DNA from: Thermodesulfobacteriota bacterium
GTDB lineage: Bacteria; Desulfobacterota; Desulfobacteria; Desulfobacterales; SURF-7
DNA length: 64,000 nt
Direction: 5' to 3'
Assembly (NCBI GenBank): GCA_049320885.1
Contig: JBMORA010000048.1
Coordinates: 11,396 to 75,395, forward strand
Shown here: in pieces, positions 30,586 to 42,833 of the stretch
How the letters are laid out: every line of letters starts with the position of its first letter
Position numbering within the stretch: position 1 is the stretch's first letter
Position numbers and translations under genes: made by a program
The notes under the pieces: generated by a model
The model's database searches: none
What the model saw: only the letters and a program-made list of their open reading frames with translations
What the model was told of the DNA's origin: nothing

Positions 30586-32373
30586 ATGAAGCCGAATGAT
30601 GAACGGACTCCGGAGAACGAACGGATGAATCCGCCAAGGGATATCGTCGATGATCTCAAAAGCCGCTTCGGCGAGGACTTTCTCGGGCAGCAACCCAGCA
30701 TGGACGACATTCCGACCGTCTGGTGCCACCGGGACAGAATCGCGGACATGCTGCGCTTCCTGAAGGATCGGAGCGGAGGGGCCTATCCCATGCTGTATGA
30801 CCTCACCGCCGTGGACGAACGCCGGCGGCAAGCCAGGGACGGCCAGCCTCCAGGCGACTTCACCGTCGTTTATCACCTGGCCTCGTTTGACGGCAACGGG
30901 GATATCCGCATCAAGACGCCCCTTGCGGGGGATCATCCTTCCATTCCCTCCGTCATCCCCATCTGGCAGGCGGCCGCCTGGTATGAACGGGAAATCTTCG
31001 ACATGTTCGGCATCGGTTTTACCGGTCACCCGTTCCTCCGCCGCATCCTGTTGCCATCCACCTGGGAAGGGCATCCCCTGCGCAAGGAGCATCCCTGCCG
31101 GGCGACGGAAATGGGACCTTTTCAATTGCCCGTGGAAAAGCAGCAACGCGAGGAGGAAGGCCTGCGCTTCCGGCCCGAGGAGTGGGGTTTGAACCGCCGC
31201 CGGGGGGAAACGGACTACATGTTCCTCAATTTAGGACCCCAACATCCCGGCACCCACGGCCTTTTCCGGATGATCCTGCAATTGGACGGCGAGGAAATCG
31301 TGGATGCGATTCCGGAAATCGGCTTCCATCATCGCGGGGCGGAGAAAATGGGGGAGCGCCAGACCTGGCATACCTATATCCCCTACACCGACCGCGTCGA
31401 CTACCTCGGCGGGGTCATGAACAACCTTGCCTATGTACTCGGGGTGGAGCAGCTGGCGGGCATCCGGGCGCCCGATCGGGCCGCCGTCATCCGGGTCCTC
31501 CTTGCGGAACTCTTCCGGACAGCCAATCACCTGATCTGGCTGGGCACCTTCGTCCAGGACGTGGGGGCCATGTCGCCGGTTTTTTTCACGTTCAATGACC
31601 GGGAGCACATCTTCGAAATCATCACGGCCATCACCGGCGGCAGGATGCACCCGAGCTGGTTCCGCATCGGCGGCGTGGCCCAGGACCTGCCCAACGGCTG
31701 GGATTCGCTGGTGCGCCGCTTCCTAGAGTACCTCCCGCCCAGGCTCACGGAATATCATCAGCTGGTCATGGCCAACCGCATCTTCCAGGCCCGCACCCGG
31801 GGAGTCGGCTGCTATACCGTCCGGGAAGCCCTGGATTGGGGTGTCACCGGACCGGGTTTGCGGGCCTGCGGTCTTGAATGGGATCTGCGGAAAAAACGCC
31901 CTTATTCCGGTTACGACCGCTTCGATTTCGACATCCCCACCGCCGTGAACGGGGATTGCTACGACCGGGCCGTCGTCCGCCTGGAGGAAATCAGGCAGAG
32001 CCTGCGCATCATCGCCCAGTGTCTGAACAACATGCCGGAAGGCCCCTGCAAGGCCGATCACCCCCTGACAACCCCTCCCCCCAGGGAAAGGACCCTGCGG
32101 GATATCGACACCCTCATCCCCCATTTTCTGGGAGTCGGCTGGGGGCCGGTGATTCCGGCCGGCGAGGCCTGTGTGCGCATCGAGGCCGCCAAGGGAATCA
32201 ACAGCTATTATCTGATCAGCGACGGCGACATCCGGGCCTACCGAATCCGGATCCGGGCGCCCTCTTTTCCGCATTTGCAGATGGTTCCGGCCATCAGTCG
32301 CGGTATGCTGGTGCCGGATCTGCTCGCCATCCTGGGCAGCATCGATTATGTCATGGCCGATGTGGATCGCTGA
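30586..32373 (+). CDS. nuoCD: NADH:quinone oxidoreductase fused subunit C/D
   Basis: [10 protein letters not shown]...GHPLRK (C part) followed by [11 protein letters not shown]...HHRGAEK...DRVDY...ADVDR (D part). Confidence 0.96.
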   Translation: MKPNDERTPENERMNPPRDIVDDLKSRFGEDFLGQQPSMDDIPTVWCHRDRIADMLRFLKDRSGGAYPMLYDLTAVDERRRQARDGQPPGDFTVVYHLASFDGNGDIRIKTPLAGDHPSIPSVIPIWQAAAWYEREIFDMFGIGFTGHPFLRRILLPSTWEGHPLRKEHPCRATEMGPFQLPVEKQQREEEGLRFRPEEWGLNRRRGETDYMFLNLGPQHPGTHGLFRMILQLDGEEIVDAIPEIGFHHRGAEKMGERQTWHTYIPYTDRVDYLGGVMNNLAYVLGVEQLAGIRAPDRAAVIRVLLAELFRTANHLIWLGTFVQDVGAMSPVFFTFNDREHIFEIITAITGGRMHPSWFRIGGVAQDLPNGWDSLVRRFLEYLPPRLTEYHQLVMANRIFQARTRGVGCYTVREALDWGVTGPGLRACGLEWDLRKKRPYSGYDRFDFDIPTAVNGDCYDRAVVRLEEIRQSLRIIAQCLNNMPEGPCKADHPLTTPPPRERTLRDIDTLIPHFLGVGWGPVIPAGEACVRIEAAKGINSYYLISDGDIRAYRIRIRAPSFPHLQMVPAISRGMLVPDLLAILGSIDYVMADVDR

Positions 32374-32415
32374 GGAATCGGATATGAAGGAGAACCGCTG
32401 GAAGGATATCGCCCC

Positions 32416-32880
32416 ATGCTGAGTGAAGAGGAAATTCGGGAAATCCGGGCCGTCCTCGGCCACAGTGAGAGCAAACCGGCCGCCGGCCTGGATGCCCTGA
32501 AAATCGTCCAGCGCCGGCGGGGCTGGATTTCGGACGAGGCCTTGGGGAATGTGGCGGATCTTCTGGGCATGAGCCCCGCGGAACTGGATTCCGTGGCCAC
32601 TTTCTACAGCCTGATCTTCCGGCGGCAGGTCGGGCGGCACGTGATTCTGATCTGCGACAGCGTCAGCTGCTGGGTCATGGGGTACGAATCCCTGCTGGAA
32701 GTGCTGCGAAAACGGCTGGGAATCGGGTTCGGCGAAACCAGTGCCGACGGACGCTTCACCCTGTTGCCCCATCCCTGCCTGGGGGTTTGTGAACGGGCCC
32801 CGGCCATGATGATCGACGATGATCTGTACGGCCCGCTGGAAGCCGGACAAATCGAATCCATATTGGCGACATACGATTGA
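32416..32880 (+). CDS. nuoE: NADH:quinone oxidoreductase subunit E
   Basis: VATFY, CDSVSC, CLGVC. Confidence 0.95.
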   Translation: MLSEEEIREIRAVLGHSESKPAAGLDALKIVQRRRGWISDEALGNVADLLGMSPAELDSVATFYSLIFRRQVGRHVILICDSVSCWVMGYESLLEVLRKRLGIGFGETSADGRFTLLPHPCLGVCERAPAMMIDDDLYGPLEAGQIESILATYD

Positions 32881-34187
32881 CGGATAAAACGAGACATGAG
32901 GCAGCGCTTCCATTGAAACATCCCCTCACCCAGCATTTTCAAACCGGCAGGCCGCCCCTGGAACTTTCGGAGTACGAGCGGGCCGGCGGCTATCAGGCCA
33001 TGCGCCGGGTTCTCACTTCCATGGAGCCCGGACAGGTGACGGCCCTGGTGAACGAAGCCAATCTCCGCGGCCGGGGCGGGGCCGGTTTTCCCACGGCCCG
33101 CAAATGGAGTTTCGTGCCCATGGGCAAGGACGCGCCCAGGCCCAAATACCTGGTGGTCAACGCCGATGAAATGGAGCCGGCCACGTTCAAGGACCGGGTG
33201 CTCCTGGAGGGGGATCCCCACCAGCTCATCGAAGGAATCATCATCGCCGCCTACGCCATCCAGGCCGATATGGCCTATATTTTCATCCGCCAGTGCTATG
33301 CCGAGGCCTTCCGGGGGCTGACAAAGGCCATTTCCGAAGCGTATTCCAAGGGCTATCTCGGGAACAATATTCTCGGGACGGGTTTCCATCTGGAACTTCG
33401 GCTGCATGAAAGCGCCGGCCGGTATATCTGCGGAGAGGAAACCGCCCTGCTGAACGCCCTGGAAGGCAAACGTCCGGTTCCCAGGGCCAAGCCGCCTTTT
33501 CCACCGGTCATCGGTCTCTGGGGCAAGCCCACCGTGACCAACAATGTGGAAACCATCTGCAACCTCCCCCATATCGTTCGGCACGGGGCGGCCTGGTTCC
33601 GATCCATCAGCCTGGTCCCGGACGGCGGCACCAAGATTTACGGAGTCAGTGGCAAGGTGCGGAAACCGGGGGCCTGGGAACTGCCCCTGGGGGTCACCAT
33701 CCGCGAAGTCATCGAGGAACACGCCGGCGGCATGCGGCCGGGGGAAAAACTGCGCGCCGTTCTGCCCGGAGGCGCTTCCACGGATTTTCTGACCGTGGAT
33801 CACCTGGATGTCAAAATGGATTTCAGCTCCATGCAGGCCGCGGGCAGCCGCCTGGGAACCGGGACCATGGTGGTGGTGGATGAGAAGACCTGCATGGTGG
33901 GGTTGGTGCTCAACCTCATCCGGTTTTTCGCAAGGGAGTCCTGCGGCTGGTGCACCCCCTGCCGGGAAGGCCTGCCCTGGATCGTGAAACTCCTGACCGC
34001 CATCGAAGAGGGCCGCGGGCTGCCGGAAGACCTGGAACGGCTGAAACAACAGCCGGATCTCCTGGGGCCGGGTCACACCTTCTGTCCCCTGGCTCCGGGC
34101 GCCATGGAGCCGCTGCAGAGCGCCCTCACGTATTTCGAGGACGATTTCAAACGCCATATTCGGGAAAAACGATGCCCATGGAAATAA
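32877..34187 (+). CDS. nuoF: NADH:quinone oxidoreductase subunit F
   Basis: LRGRGGAGF, NADEMEP, YICGEET, ESCGWCTPCREG; exact start uncertain. Confidence 0.95.
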   Translation: MTDKTRHEAALPLKHPLTQHFQTGRPPLELSEYERAGGYQAMRRVLTSMEPGQVTALVNEANLRGRGGAGFPTARKWSFVPMGKDAPRPKYLVVNADEMEPATFKDRVLLEGDPHQLIEGIIIAAYAIQADMAYIFIRQCYAEAFRGLTKAISEAYSKGYLGNNILGTGFHLELRLHESAGRYICGEETALLNALEGKRPVPRAKPPFPPVIGLWGKPTVTNNVETICNLPHIVRHGAAWFRSISLVPDGGTKIYGVSGKVRKPGAWELPLGVTIREVIEEHAGGMRPGEKLRAVLPGGASTDFLTVDHLDVKMDFSSMQAAGSRLGTGTMVVVDEKTCMVGLVLNLIRFFARESCGWCTPCREGLPWIVKLLTAIEEGRGLPEDLERLKQQPDLLGPGHTFCPLAPGAMEPLQSALTYFEDDFKRHIREKRCPWK

Positions 34188-36910
34188 AGGAAGCGGTGAC
34201 CATCTATATCGAAGGCAGACCTTACCGGGTGGATACCGGCCGGAACCTGCTCCAGACCTGCCTGTCCCTCGGCTTCGACATACCGCATTTCTGCTGGCAC
34301 CCGGCCCTGGGTTCCGTGGGCGCCTGCCGCCTGTGCGCCGTCAAACGCTTCCGGGATGAAAAGGACGACCGGGGCGAACTCGTCATGTCCTGCATGACCC
34401 CGGTGAGCGAGGGCCTGCGCATTTCCATCGCCGACCCGGAAGCGGTCCGCTTCCGGGCTGCCGTGATCGAGTGGCTGATGATCAACCATCCCCACGACTG
34501 CCCGGTGTGCGACGAAGGCGGCGAATGTCACCTCCAGGACATGACGGTGATGACCGGCCATGTCCGCCGGGAATACCGTTTCCGGAAACGGACCCATCAC
34601 AACCAGGATCTCGGTCCGTTCATTCATCATGAGATGAACCGCTGCATCCAATGCTACCGCTGTGTGCGTTTCTATCGCCAGATAGCCGGGGGCCGCGACC
34701 TGAATGTGTTCGGGGCCCACGATCATGTCTATTTCGGACGCCACCGGGACGGCGCATTGGAAAGCGAGTTCAGCGGCAATCTGGTGGAGATCTGCCCCAC
34801 CGGCACCTTCACCGATAAAACCCAGAAAGCGCACAACACCAGGAGTTGGGATCTCCAGACGGCCCCTTCCATTTGCGTGCACTGCGGCCTGGGCTGCAAC
34901 ACCCTTCCGGGGGAGCGGTACGGCCTGCTGCGCCGCGTGCGCAACCGCTATCATCACGAGATCAATGGATATTTTCTTTGCGACCGCGGCCGTTTCGGTT
35001 ATGAGTTCGTCAACAGCGGCAGGCGTCTGCGCAGCCCCCTGGTACGCATAAACAGGAAATCCCCCCGGACCGTCGTCTCCTTGGAGGAATGGTTACAAAG
35101 GGCCGCAGAACGGCTGGCAACTCCGGAACGAGTCCTCGGCATCGGTTCCCCCCGGGCTTCCCTGGAAGCCAATTTCACCCTGCGGTCCCTGGTGGGCCCC
35201 GAACGCTTTCACGCCGGATTGTCCGCCGCCGATTTTCGTCTGCTCAACCTCGGCCGGAGCATCCTCACCCGAAGTACCGCCCCACCGGCTTCGGTTCAGG
35301 ACGCCGCCCGGGCCGACGCCGTTCTGGTCCTGGGGGAGGACCTTACCCAGACCGCCCCGATCCTGGCCCTGGCCCTGCGGCGCATGGAATACCGGCAGGC
35401 CGCCGAGGCCGCCCGCGAGATGCAGCTCCCGGAATGGGATGAGGCGGCCGTGCGGGAATTCTCCCAGCAACAAAAACCCGCCCTGTACATTGTCACCCCC
35501 CAACCCACCCGGCTGGACGACGCGGCTTGCGCAACTTTCCGCTTACCTCCGGACCTCATCGCGGACCTGGGTTTCGCCGTGGGGCGGGCCCTCGCCCAGC
35601 CCTTGACGGAAGCCCGGAAACCGAAGGAGATATCGGTCGAGCCCGCCGCCGAAATCGCCCGGGCACTGATCAACGCCCGGCGTCCCCTGGTGGTGACCGG
35701 CGCTTCCCTGGGCAGCGAGGCGGCGGTGCAGGCCGCCGCCAATATCGCCTGGACCCTGGGCCGCCTGGGAAAACCGGCCGCTTTTCTCTTTTGCCCGCCG
35801 GAATGCAATAGCCTGGGATTGAGTCTCCTGGAAGGCCGGGAGCTTTCCGCCGCCTTTCAATCCCTTGAAAACGGCCAGGCCGATACGGTGATCATCCTGG
35901 AAAACGATCTCTATCGGCGGGCGCCGGCACCGGTCGTGGACGCCTTCCTTAAGCGGGCGCGCACGGTCATCGTCCTGGATCACCTGGACACGCCCACGGC
36001 TGAAAAAGCCGACCTGGTTTTTCCAGTGGCGACCGTTGCCGAAAGCAGCGGCATCCTGGTGAATCATGAGGGCCGGGCCCAACGGTTCCATGCCGTCCTG
36101 CCGCCGGACGAAACCGTCCGGGAGTCTTCCCGCCTGCTGGCCGGACTGGCGGCGAAGGTCACCGCGGAATCTTCCGGCCGTAAGTTCCGCAGGGAAGAAA
36201 TACTGGCGGAGCTGGCGGAGGCGTTTCCGGTCTTTTCCGGCTTGGCCGGACCGGTCCCCCCCCTGCCCTGGCCGGCCCCGGGAGGCAAGGTTCCCCGCCA
36301 GTCCATCGGCTACAGCGGCCGGACCGCCATGAACGCGCATATCGATCCGCACGAGCCCAAACCGCCGGAAGATCCGGACTCCCCGTTGGCCTTTTCCATG
36401 GAAGGATATGAGGGGCGGCCGCGGCCGGATCTCATCACCCGCTACTGGGCTCCGGGCTGGAATTCGGTTCAGTCCCTGAACAAATATCAAGCTGTCGTGG
36501 GCGGCCCCCTCAAGGGCGGAAGTTCCGGACTGCGCCTGTTCCCAACCACTTCCACGGAGGAAGCGGAGCTTTTTCCACCCCCGCCAGTGCCGCCCGAACC
36601 GGAACTGCGGGAGGACGAACGGATCCTGATCCCCCTGTATCACCTGTTCGGTTCGGAAGAGCTGAGCATGTCGTCCCCGGCCGTGGCCGGACAGGCCCCC
36701 GCGCCCTACCTGGCCCTGGGTCCGGATGACCCGCTGGCCGAACCGGGCATGAACGTCGGTCTGGTCTTCGGCGGCGCCTTGTTGACATTGCCGGTTGCCG
36801 TTCTGCCGGGTCTGTGCAGGGGAGTCGCGGGCCTGCCCGCCGGGCTGCCCGGCATTCCCGTGGATTCACTGCCCGCGCGGGTCCGGCTTTCCAAGGAGAC
36901 GCATCGATGA
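34178..36910 (+). CDS. nuoG: NADH:quinone oxidoreductase subunit G (long, E. coli type)
   Basis: PHFCWH...[39 protein letters not shown]...LCDRGR (N7). Confidence 0.95.
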   Translation: MEIKEAVTIYIEGRPYRVDTGRNLLQTCLSLGFDIPHFCWHPALGSVGACRLCAVKRFRDEKDDRGELVMSCMTPVSEGLRISIADPEAVRFRAAVIEWLMINHPHDCPVCDEGGECHLQDMTVMTGHVRREYRFRKRTHHNQDLGPFIHHEMNRCIQCYRCVRFYRQIAGGRDLNVFGAHDHVYFGRHRDGALESEFSGNLVEICPTGTFTDKTQKAHNTRSWDLQTAPSICVHCGLGCNTLPGERYGLLRRVRNRYHHEINGYFLCDRGRFGYEFVNSGRRLRSPLVRINRKSPRTVVSLEEWLQRAAERLATPERVLGIGSPRASLEANFTLRSLVGPERFHAGLSAADFRLLNLGRSILTRSTAPPASVQDAARADAVLVLGEDLTQTAPILALALRRMEYRQAAEAAREMQLPEWDEAAVREFSQQQKPALYIVTPQPTRLDDAACATFRLPPDLIADLGFAVGRALAQPLTEARKPKEISVEPAAEIARALINARRPLVVTGASLGSEAAVQAAANIAWTLGRLGKPAAFLFCPPECNSLGLSLLEGRELSAAFQSLENGQADTVIILENDLYRRAPAPVVDAFLKRARTVIVLDHLDTPTAEKADLVFPVATVAESSGILVNHEGRAQRFHAVLPPDETVRESSRLLAGLAAKVTAESSGRKFRREEILAELAEAFPVFSGLAGPVPPLPWPAPGGKVPRQSIGYSGRTAMNAHIDPHEPKPPEDPDSPLAFSMEGYEGRPRPDLITRYWAPGWNSVQSLNKYQAVVGGPLKGGSSGLRLFPTTSTEEAELFPPPPVPPEPELREDERILIPLYHLFGSEELSMSSPAVAGQAPAPYLALGPDDPLAEPGMNVGLVFGGALLTLPVAVLPGLCRGVAGLPAGLPGIPVDSLPARVRLSKETHR

Positions 36911-37860
36911 TCCTGATCCTGAAACACCTGCTGGTGGTCTTCGGCGTGCTGGCGGCGGCTCTCTCCGCCAGCGCCGGTCTGGTCTGGCTGGAACGGCGCT
37001 TGCTGGCGTTGTGGCAGGACCGCTACGGACCCAACCGGGTAGGTCCCTTCGGGCTGCTCCAGGTGGCGGCCGACGGCTTGAAAATGTTTCTCAAGGAGGA
37101 CTGGGTCCCCCCCTTTGCCGACAAGCCCGTTTTCATTCTCGCTCCGATGCTGGCCCTGGTGGTCGCCCTGCTGGCCTTCGCCGTGGTGCCGTTCACTTCG
37201 GAAATCATGGTGGCGGATCTCAATATCGGGCTGCTGTTCTTTCTGGCCCTGGTTTCCCTGGGCGTCTACGGCGTGGCCCTGGGGGGCTGGTCCTCCAACA
37301 ACAAATACGCCTTGCTGGGCGCCGTCCGCGGCGTGGCCCAGATGCTGAGCTACGAAGTCTTCATGGGCCTCTCCCTGATGGGCGTGGTGCTGCTTGCCGG
37401 CACCTTCAACCTGCGGGAAATCGTTCTGGCCCAGGAAAACATGTGGTATTGCATCCCCCAGTTTCCGGGCCTGTTGATTTTCACCATTGCGGGTTTTGCC
37501 GAAACCCACCGGATGCCCTTTGACCTGCCGGAAGCGGAAAGCGAGCTGGTGGCCGGCTATCATACGGAATATTCCGGGATGAAATTCGGTTTGTTTTTCG
37601 TGGGCGAATACCTGGGCGTCACCATGACTTCCGCCATGATCGTCACCCTGTTTTTCGGCGGCTGGCTGGGTCCCGTGCTTCCGCCCATCGTCTGGTTCGC
37701 CGGCAAAACCTTCGTGTTCATCTGTCTTTTCATTCTGGTGCGCTCGGCCCTGCCGAGACCGCGCTATGATCAACTCATGGCCTTTGCCTGGAAAGTCCTC
37801 CTGCCGCTGTCGCTTCTGAATCTGGTGGTCACGGGGGCCGTGGTGGTGGCCGGCGCTTGA
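36907..37860 (+). CDS. nuoH: NADH:quinone oxidoreductase subunit H
   Basis: [34 protein letters not shown] overlap with nuoG. Confidence 0.96.
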   Translation: MILILKHLLVVFGVLAAALSASAGLVWLERRLLALWQDRYGPNRVGPFGLLQVAADGLKMFLKEDWVPPFADKPVFILAPMLALVVALLAFAVVPFTSEIMVADLNIGLLFFLALVSLGVYGVALGGWSSNNKYALLGAVRGVAQMLSYEVFMGLSLMGVVLLAGTFNLREIVLAQENMWYCIPQFPGLLIFTIAGFAETHRMPFDLPEAESELVAGYHTEYSGMKFGLFFVGEYLGVTMTSAMIVTLFFGGWLGPVLPPIVWFAGKTFVFICLFILVRSALPRPRYDQLMAFAWKVLLPLSLLNLVVTGAVVVAGA

Positions 37861-37897
37861 ACACGGGAAGGGCGAAGGAAGAAAGGAACCGCGAATC

Positions 37898-38413
37898 GTG
37901 CTGAGTCTGTTGCAGGGTCTCTGGGTCATGTTGCGGCACACCTTCCGGAAACGGGAAACCGTTCAGTATCCGGAAGAACAGCTCTATCTGCCTCCGCGCT
38001 TCCGGGGCCGGATCATTCTATCCCGTGACCCCGATGGTGGCGAGCGCTGCGTGGCCTGTCATTTGTGCTCCGCCGTATGTCCCGTGGATTGCATCGCCCT
38101 TCAGGCCGGGGAGGATGAAACCGGCCGGCGGTATCCGGCCTTTTTCCGGATCAATTTTTCCCGCTGCATCCTCTGCGGATTCTGCGAGGAGGCCTGCCCC
38201 ACGGCGGCCATCCAGCTGACTCCGGATTTTGAAATGGCCGAATACGACAGACGCAATCTGATCTACGAAAAAGAAGATCTGCTGATCAGCGGACCAGGGA
38301 AATATCCCGGTTACAACTTCTACAGGGCCGCCGGAACGGCCGTCGGCGTAAAGGGCAAGGGCGAAGGGGAAAACGAAAATCCGCCCGTGGATGTAAAGGG
38401 CCTCCTGCCCTAG
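37898..38413 (+). CDS. nuoI: NADH:quinone oxidoreductase subunit I
   Basis: [12 protein letters not shown] and [12 protein letters not shown]. Confidence 0.96.
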   Translation: MLSLLQGLWVMLRHTFRKRETVQYPEEQLYLPPRFRGRIILSRDPDGGERCVACHLCSAVCPVDCIALQAGEDETGRRYPAFFRINFSRCILCGFCEEACPTAAIQLTPDFEMAEYDRRNLIYEKEDLLISGPGKYPGYNFYRAAGTAVGVKGKGEGENENPPVDVKGLLP

Positions 38414-38460
38414 TCGGAAATACGGATGATCACGAGTGTAAACGGAGGAAGGAGCAAAAG

Positions 38461-39006
38461 TTGACGAACATCATGTTTTATCTGGCGGCAGCGGTGGCGA
38501 TCCTGTCGACACTGATGGTGATCACCCGGCTCAACGCGGTGCATGCACTGCTGTACCTGATCGTCTCCCTTCTTTCCGTGGCCCTGATCTTTTTCATGCT
38601 GGGAGCCCCTTTCGCCGCGGCCCTGGAGGTCATCATCTATGCAGGGGCCATCATGATCCTGTTTGTGTTCGTGATCATGATGCTCAACCTGGGACCGACG
38701 GCCATCGAAAAGGAACGCCTGCTGCTGGCGCCCGGGATGTGGCCAGGACCGGCCCTGCTGACGGGGGTCCTGCTGGCTGAACTGTTTTATATTCTGGCCG
38801 GAAATCCGCTCGGACCGGCGAGCGGGACGGAAGTAACCTCCCTTTCGGTGGGACTTTCCCTGTTCGGTCCTTACATGCTGGGAGTGGAACTGGCATCCAT
38901 TCTGCTGCTGGCCGGACTGGTGGGCGCCTTTCACTTGGCCCGGCAAGGCACGGAAATGGAGGGAACCGTCAACCGGGCAAACACCGGCCGTCAACCGACG
39001 GGGTAA
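38461..39006 (+). CDS. nuoJ: NADH:quinone oxidoreductase subunit J
   Basis: NAVHALLYL, EVIIYAGAIMILFVF; TTG start after GGAG. Confidence 0.94.
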   Translation: MTNIMFYLAAAVAILSTLMVITRLNAVHALLYLIVSLLSVALIFFMLGAPFAAALEVIIYAGAIMILFVFVIMMLNLGPTAIEKERLLLAPGMWPGPALLTGVLLAELFYILAGNPLGPASGTEVTSLSVGLSLFGPYMLGVELASILLLAGLVGAFHLARQGTEMEGTVNRANTGRQPTG

Positions 39007-39059
39007 CCGCAAACGGTCCCTGACAGGATAATCAATCGAATTCACTGGAGACGAAGAAC

Positions 39060-39368
39060 ATGCTCACCATCCCGACTTCCCACGGCCTGATGCTGGCCGG
39101 GGTTCTCTTCCTGATGGGATTCACCTGCGTGCTGGTGCGCCGCAACATCATCTTCATCCTGCTCGGTCTTGAAATCATGTTCAACGCCGCGGGGCTGGCT
39201 TTCGTCACGGCCGGCGCCCGCTGGGGCCAGCCCGACGGGCAGATCATGTTCCTGTTCATCCTGGCCACGGCCGCGGCGGAGGTCTCCATCGGGCTGGCCC
39301 TGGTGTTCCAGCTGGTCCGGCGCCTGCACACCCTGGACATGGATCAAGCCGACGGAATGAAAGGGTAA
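39060..39368 (+). CDS. nuoK: NADH:quinone oxidoreductase subunit K
   Basis: [27 protein letters not shown]. Confidence 0.95.
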   Translation: MLTIPTSHGLMLAGVLFLMGFTCVLVRRNIIFILLGLEIMFNAAGLAFVTAGARWGQPDGQIMFLFILATAAAEVSIGLALVFQLVRRLHTLDMDQADGMKG

Positions 39369-39372
39369 CGCA

Positions 39373-41265
39373 ATGGAACTGCTGTGGTTGATACCCGCCC
39401 TGCCCCTGACCGGTTTCATCCTCCTGCTCCTTCTTTCCTCGCGTCTTCCGCGGGTTCTTACCGGCGCCCTGGGGACGGCCAGCGTGGGTCTCGCCGCCCT
39501 GACCACGTTCTGGGTGGCCGCGGACTTTCTGTTCGCCAGGCCCCGGCCAGCCGTTTTCACCCAGCGGCTCTGGACCTGGATGGCGGTGGACCGCCTGCAC
39601 CTCGAGATCGCTTTTCATCTGGACGCCCTGACCCTGATCATGATGCTGGTGATCACCGGCGTCGGCTTCTTGATCCATCTGTACTCCGTGGGATACATGG
39701 CCGGAGACAAGGGGTATGCCCGCTTTTTCGCCTACATGAACCTGTTCGTGGCCGCCATGCTGGTGCTGGTGCTGGCCGACAGCCTGCCCCTGCTCTATTT
39801 GGGCTGGGAGGGAGTCGGTCTGTGCAGCTATCTCTTAATCGGTTTCTGGTACGAAAATCCAGCCAACGGTTACGCCGCCAGAAAAGCCTTCGTGGTCACC
39901 CGGGTGGGGGATACGGCCATGGCCGTCGGCCTCTTCGTTCTGTATGACTGCTTCGGCGTCCTGGGGATTCAGGACGTCATGAACCATGCCGCCGCCGCCT
40001 GGCCGACGGGATCGGTCACGGCCGTGGCAGTGGCTCTGCTGCTGCTGGGAGGAGCGGTGGGAAAATCCGCCCAACTCCCCTTACAGACCTGGCTGCCGGA
40101 CGCCATGGCCGGCCCCACGCCCGTCAGCGCCCTCATCCACGCCGCCACCATGGTGACCGCGGGCGTCTATCTCCTTGCCAGGACCCATGTGATCTTCCTG
40201 CTGGCGCCGGCGGTCCTGAACCTGACGGCCTGGATCGGCGCAGCCACCCTGCTGCTGGCCGGGTTCAGCGGACTGGTTCAGAGGGATATCAAGCGCGTCC
40301 TGGCCTACTCCACCATCAGCCAGCTCGGCTACATGTTCCTGGCCCTGGGGATCGGCGCCTGGTCCGCGGCGATTTTCCACCTGATGACCCACGCATTTTT
40401 CAAGGCCCTGCTCTTTCTGTGCGCCGGAGCGGTGATCCACGCCCTGGGCGGTGAACAGGACATGTACCGCATGGGCGGTCTGAAAGCAAAGCTGCCGCTG
40501 ACGTTCTGGACCTTCCTCGTCGGCGCGGCCTCCCTTTCTGCCCTGCCGCTGATCACGGCCGGCTTTTACAGCAAGGACATGATCATCTGGGAGTCTTATG
40601 CTTCCCCCATGGGCGGTCCGGGCTTGTGGACGGCCGCTGTCGCGGGCGCCCTGCTCACCTCTCTTTACACCTTCCGCATGGTATGGCTCACCTTCGCGGG
40701 ACCGGTCCGCACACCGGTGCATCATCCCCCGGGTACCGCCATGACCCTGCCCCTGCTGGCCCTGGCGGCCCTGTCCCTGTTTTCCGGATTTCTGGAAGTT
40801 CCCAAAACCCTGGGAGGCCCGCACCTGCTCTCCGGTTTCCTGCACGCCTGTCTGCCGCCGACCCTCCTGGCCCCGCAGCGGGAAAGCCAGGAAGCCCTGT
40901 TTGAACTGATTTCCGCGGGTGTTGCGCTGCTGGGCATCCTGTGGGCCTGGCGACTCTACCGGCCCGCTTCCAGGGCCCTTCCCGAGAATCCGCCGGTATC
41001 CCCCCTGCCCGTGTTCCTGCGTAATTTCTGGTTCGGCGGCTGGGGTTTCGATCGCCTGTATGACTTTTTGCTGGTAACGCCTTATCTGACCCTGGCCCGG
41101 ATCAACCGAAACGACGTCATCGACGGCGCGTTTACGGCTCTTTCCCGGCTCGGCAAAACCGGGCACCGGAACCTTGCCCGGACCCAGAACGGACGCCTGC
41201 GCACCTATGCATGGGGCATCGGCATGGGCGCAGCGGCCGTCATCGCAATGGTGGTGCTCTTATGA
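39373..41265 (+). CDS. nuoL: NADH:quinone oxidoreductase subunit L
   Basis: GWEGVGLCSYLLIGFW, GKSAQLPLQTWLPDAMAGPTPVSALIHAATMV. Confidence 0.96.
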   Translation: MELLWLIPALPLTGFILLLLLSSRLPRVLTGALGTASVGLAALTTFWVAADFLFARPRPAVFTQRLWTWMAVDRLHLEIAFHLDALTLIMMLVITGVGFLIHLYSVGYMAGDKGYARFFAYMNLFVAAMLVLVLADSLPLLYLGWEGVGLCSYLLIGFWYENPANGYAARKAFVVTRVGDTAMAVGLFVLYDCFGVLGIQDVMNHAAAAWPTGSVTAVAVALLLLGGAVGKSAQLPLQTWLPDAMAGPTPVSALIHAATMVTAGVYLLARTHVIFLLAPAVLNLTAWIGAATLLLAGFSGLVQRDIKRVLAYSTISQLGYMFLALGIGAWSAAIFHLMTHAFFKALLFLCAGAVIHALGGEQDMYRMGGLKAKLPLTFWTFLVGAASLSALPLITAGFYSKDMIIWESYASPMGGPGLWTAAVAGALLTSLYTFRMVWLTFAGPVRTPVHHPPGTAMTLPLLALAALSLFSGFLEVPKTLGGPHLLSGFLHACLPPTLLAPQRESQEALFELISAGVALLGILWAWRLYRPASRALPENPPVSPLPVFLRNFWFGGWGFDRLYDFLLVTPYLTLARINRNDVIDGAFTALSRLGKTGHRNLARTQNGRLRTYAWGIGMGAAAVIAMVVLL

Positions 41266-42833
41266 TGCTTGCATGGCTCGTCCTGATACCGGTATGCGGC
41301 GGCATCCTGGCCTGGACCCTGGACCGCCGGTTTCCGGGATCGGCCCGCTGGATATCGCTGATCACAATGCTGATGGACCTTGTGCTGTCGGTTTCCCTCC
41401 TGCCCGCCCGGCCGGCTGTCGACGCCGTGGCCGGCCCCTTTCTGACCTCCGTGGATTATCCCTGGATTCCGGCCCTCGGTATCCGCTTCCATCTCGCCAT
41501 GGACGGACTCAGTCTGGTGCTGGTGCTGCTCACTCATTTTCTGGGGATCGTGGCCATCGCCTCCTCCTGGACCGAAATTGAACACCGGGCCGGCTTTTTC
41601 TTTTTCAATCTGTTGTGGGTCCTGGCCGGGATCATCGGTGTCTTTTTGGCCCTGGATCTGTTCCTCTTCTACTTTTTCTGGGAAATGATGCTGATTCCCA
41701 TGTTTTTCCTGATCAGCGTTTTCGGGCATGAAAACCGGGTTTACGCCGCCGTCAAGTTTTTCCTTTTCACCCAGATCAGCGGCCTCCTCATGCTGCTCGC
41801 CATCCTGGGATTGTATTTCATCCACGGCCGCCATACCGGGCATTATACCTTCAACTATACGGAACTCCTCGGCACTCCGGTTGCCGGCATCACGGGGATC
41901 CTGCTCATGCTGGGATTCTTCACGGCCTTCGCGGTCAAGCTTCCGGCCGTTCCGGTCCACACCTGGCTTCCGGACGCTCATACCGAGGCGCCCACCGCCG
42001 GCAGCATCATCCTGGCGGGTCTCCTGCTGAAGACCGGAGCCTATGGCATGATCCGCTTCGTGATCCCCCTGTTTCCGGAAGCCGCGGCTTTTCTGGCGCC
42101 CGCGGTTATGACCCTGGCCGTGATCGCCATCCTGTACGGCGCCTTGCTGGCTCTGTCCCAGACGGATTTCAAGCGGCTGGTGGCCTACACCAGCGTCAGT
42201 CACATGGGGTTTGTCATGCTGGGGATTTTCGCCTGGAATCCCCTTGCCCTCCAGGGCGCCGTCATGCAGATCATCTGCCACGGACTTTCCACCGGCGCGC
42301 TTTTCTTCCTGGCAGGGGCCCTCCAGGAACGCCTTCTCAGCCGGGACATGGGTCGCATGGGCGGTTTGTGGAACTCCGTCCCGCGCATGGCCGGAATGGC
42401 GCTGTTTTTCTCCCTGGCCTCGCTGGGTCTGCCCGGACTGGGGAATTTCGTGGCCGAATTCACGGTGCTGATCGGCGTCTACCAGGTGAACGGTGTCATG
42501 GCCGTTTTCGCCTCCCTCGGCCTGATCGGCGCCGCCGTGTATTCCCTCTGGATCATCCAGGCCGTTTTTCACGGTCCTTCCCCGCGGGAACGCGTCCTTG
42601 CGGACCTCTCGCTTCGCGAAACCGCGGCCCTCGGCGTCATGCTGGCTGCCCTGGTCATTCTGGGACTCTATCCCCAGCCGGTTTTCCGGACCTCCCAGCC
42701 GGCCCTGGACCATATGTCCCGATTTGTTTCCAGCGCCGGAAAAACCGGCCGGGGAATCTCTCCGGCCGCGTTCCATCGTGCCGTCAACCCTCCGCCCGCG
42801 GACCATGGAGGCTTTCGCCATGCATCGCCCTGA
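41262..42833 (+). CDS. nuoM: NADH:quinone oxidoreductase subunit M
   Basis: FWEMMLIPMF, HTWLPDAHTEAP, LLKTGAYG, GLPGLGNFVAEF. Confidence 0.96.
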   Translation: MMLAWLVLIPVCGGILAWTLDRRFPGSARWISLITMLMDLVLSVSLLPARPAVDAVAGPFLTSVDYPWIPALGIRFHLAMDGLSLVLVLLTHFLGIVAIASSWTEIEHRAGFFFFNLLWVLAGIIGVFLALDLFLFYFFWEMMLIPMFFLISVFGHENRVYAAVKFFLFTQISGLLMLLAILGLYFIHGRHTGHYTFNYTELLGTPVAGITGILLMLGFFTAFAVKLPAVPVHTWLPDAHTEAPTAGSIILAGLLLKTGAYGMIRFVIPLFPEAAAFLAPAVMTLAVIAILYGALLALSQTDFKRLVAYTSVSHMGFVMLGIFAWNPLALQGAVMQIICHGLSTGALFFLAGALQERLLSRDMGRMGGLWNSVPRMAGMALFFSLASLGLPGLGNFVAEFTVLIGVYQVNGVMAVFASLGLIGAAVYSLWIIQAVFHGPSPRERVLADLSLRETAALGVMLAALVILGLYPQPVFRTSQPALDHMSRFVSSAGKTGRGISPAAFHRAVNPPPADHGGFRHASP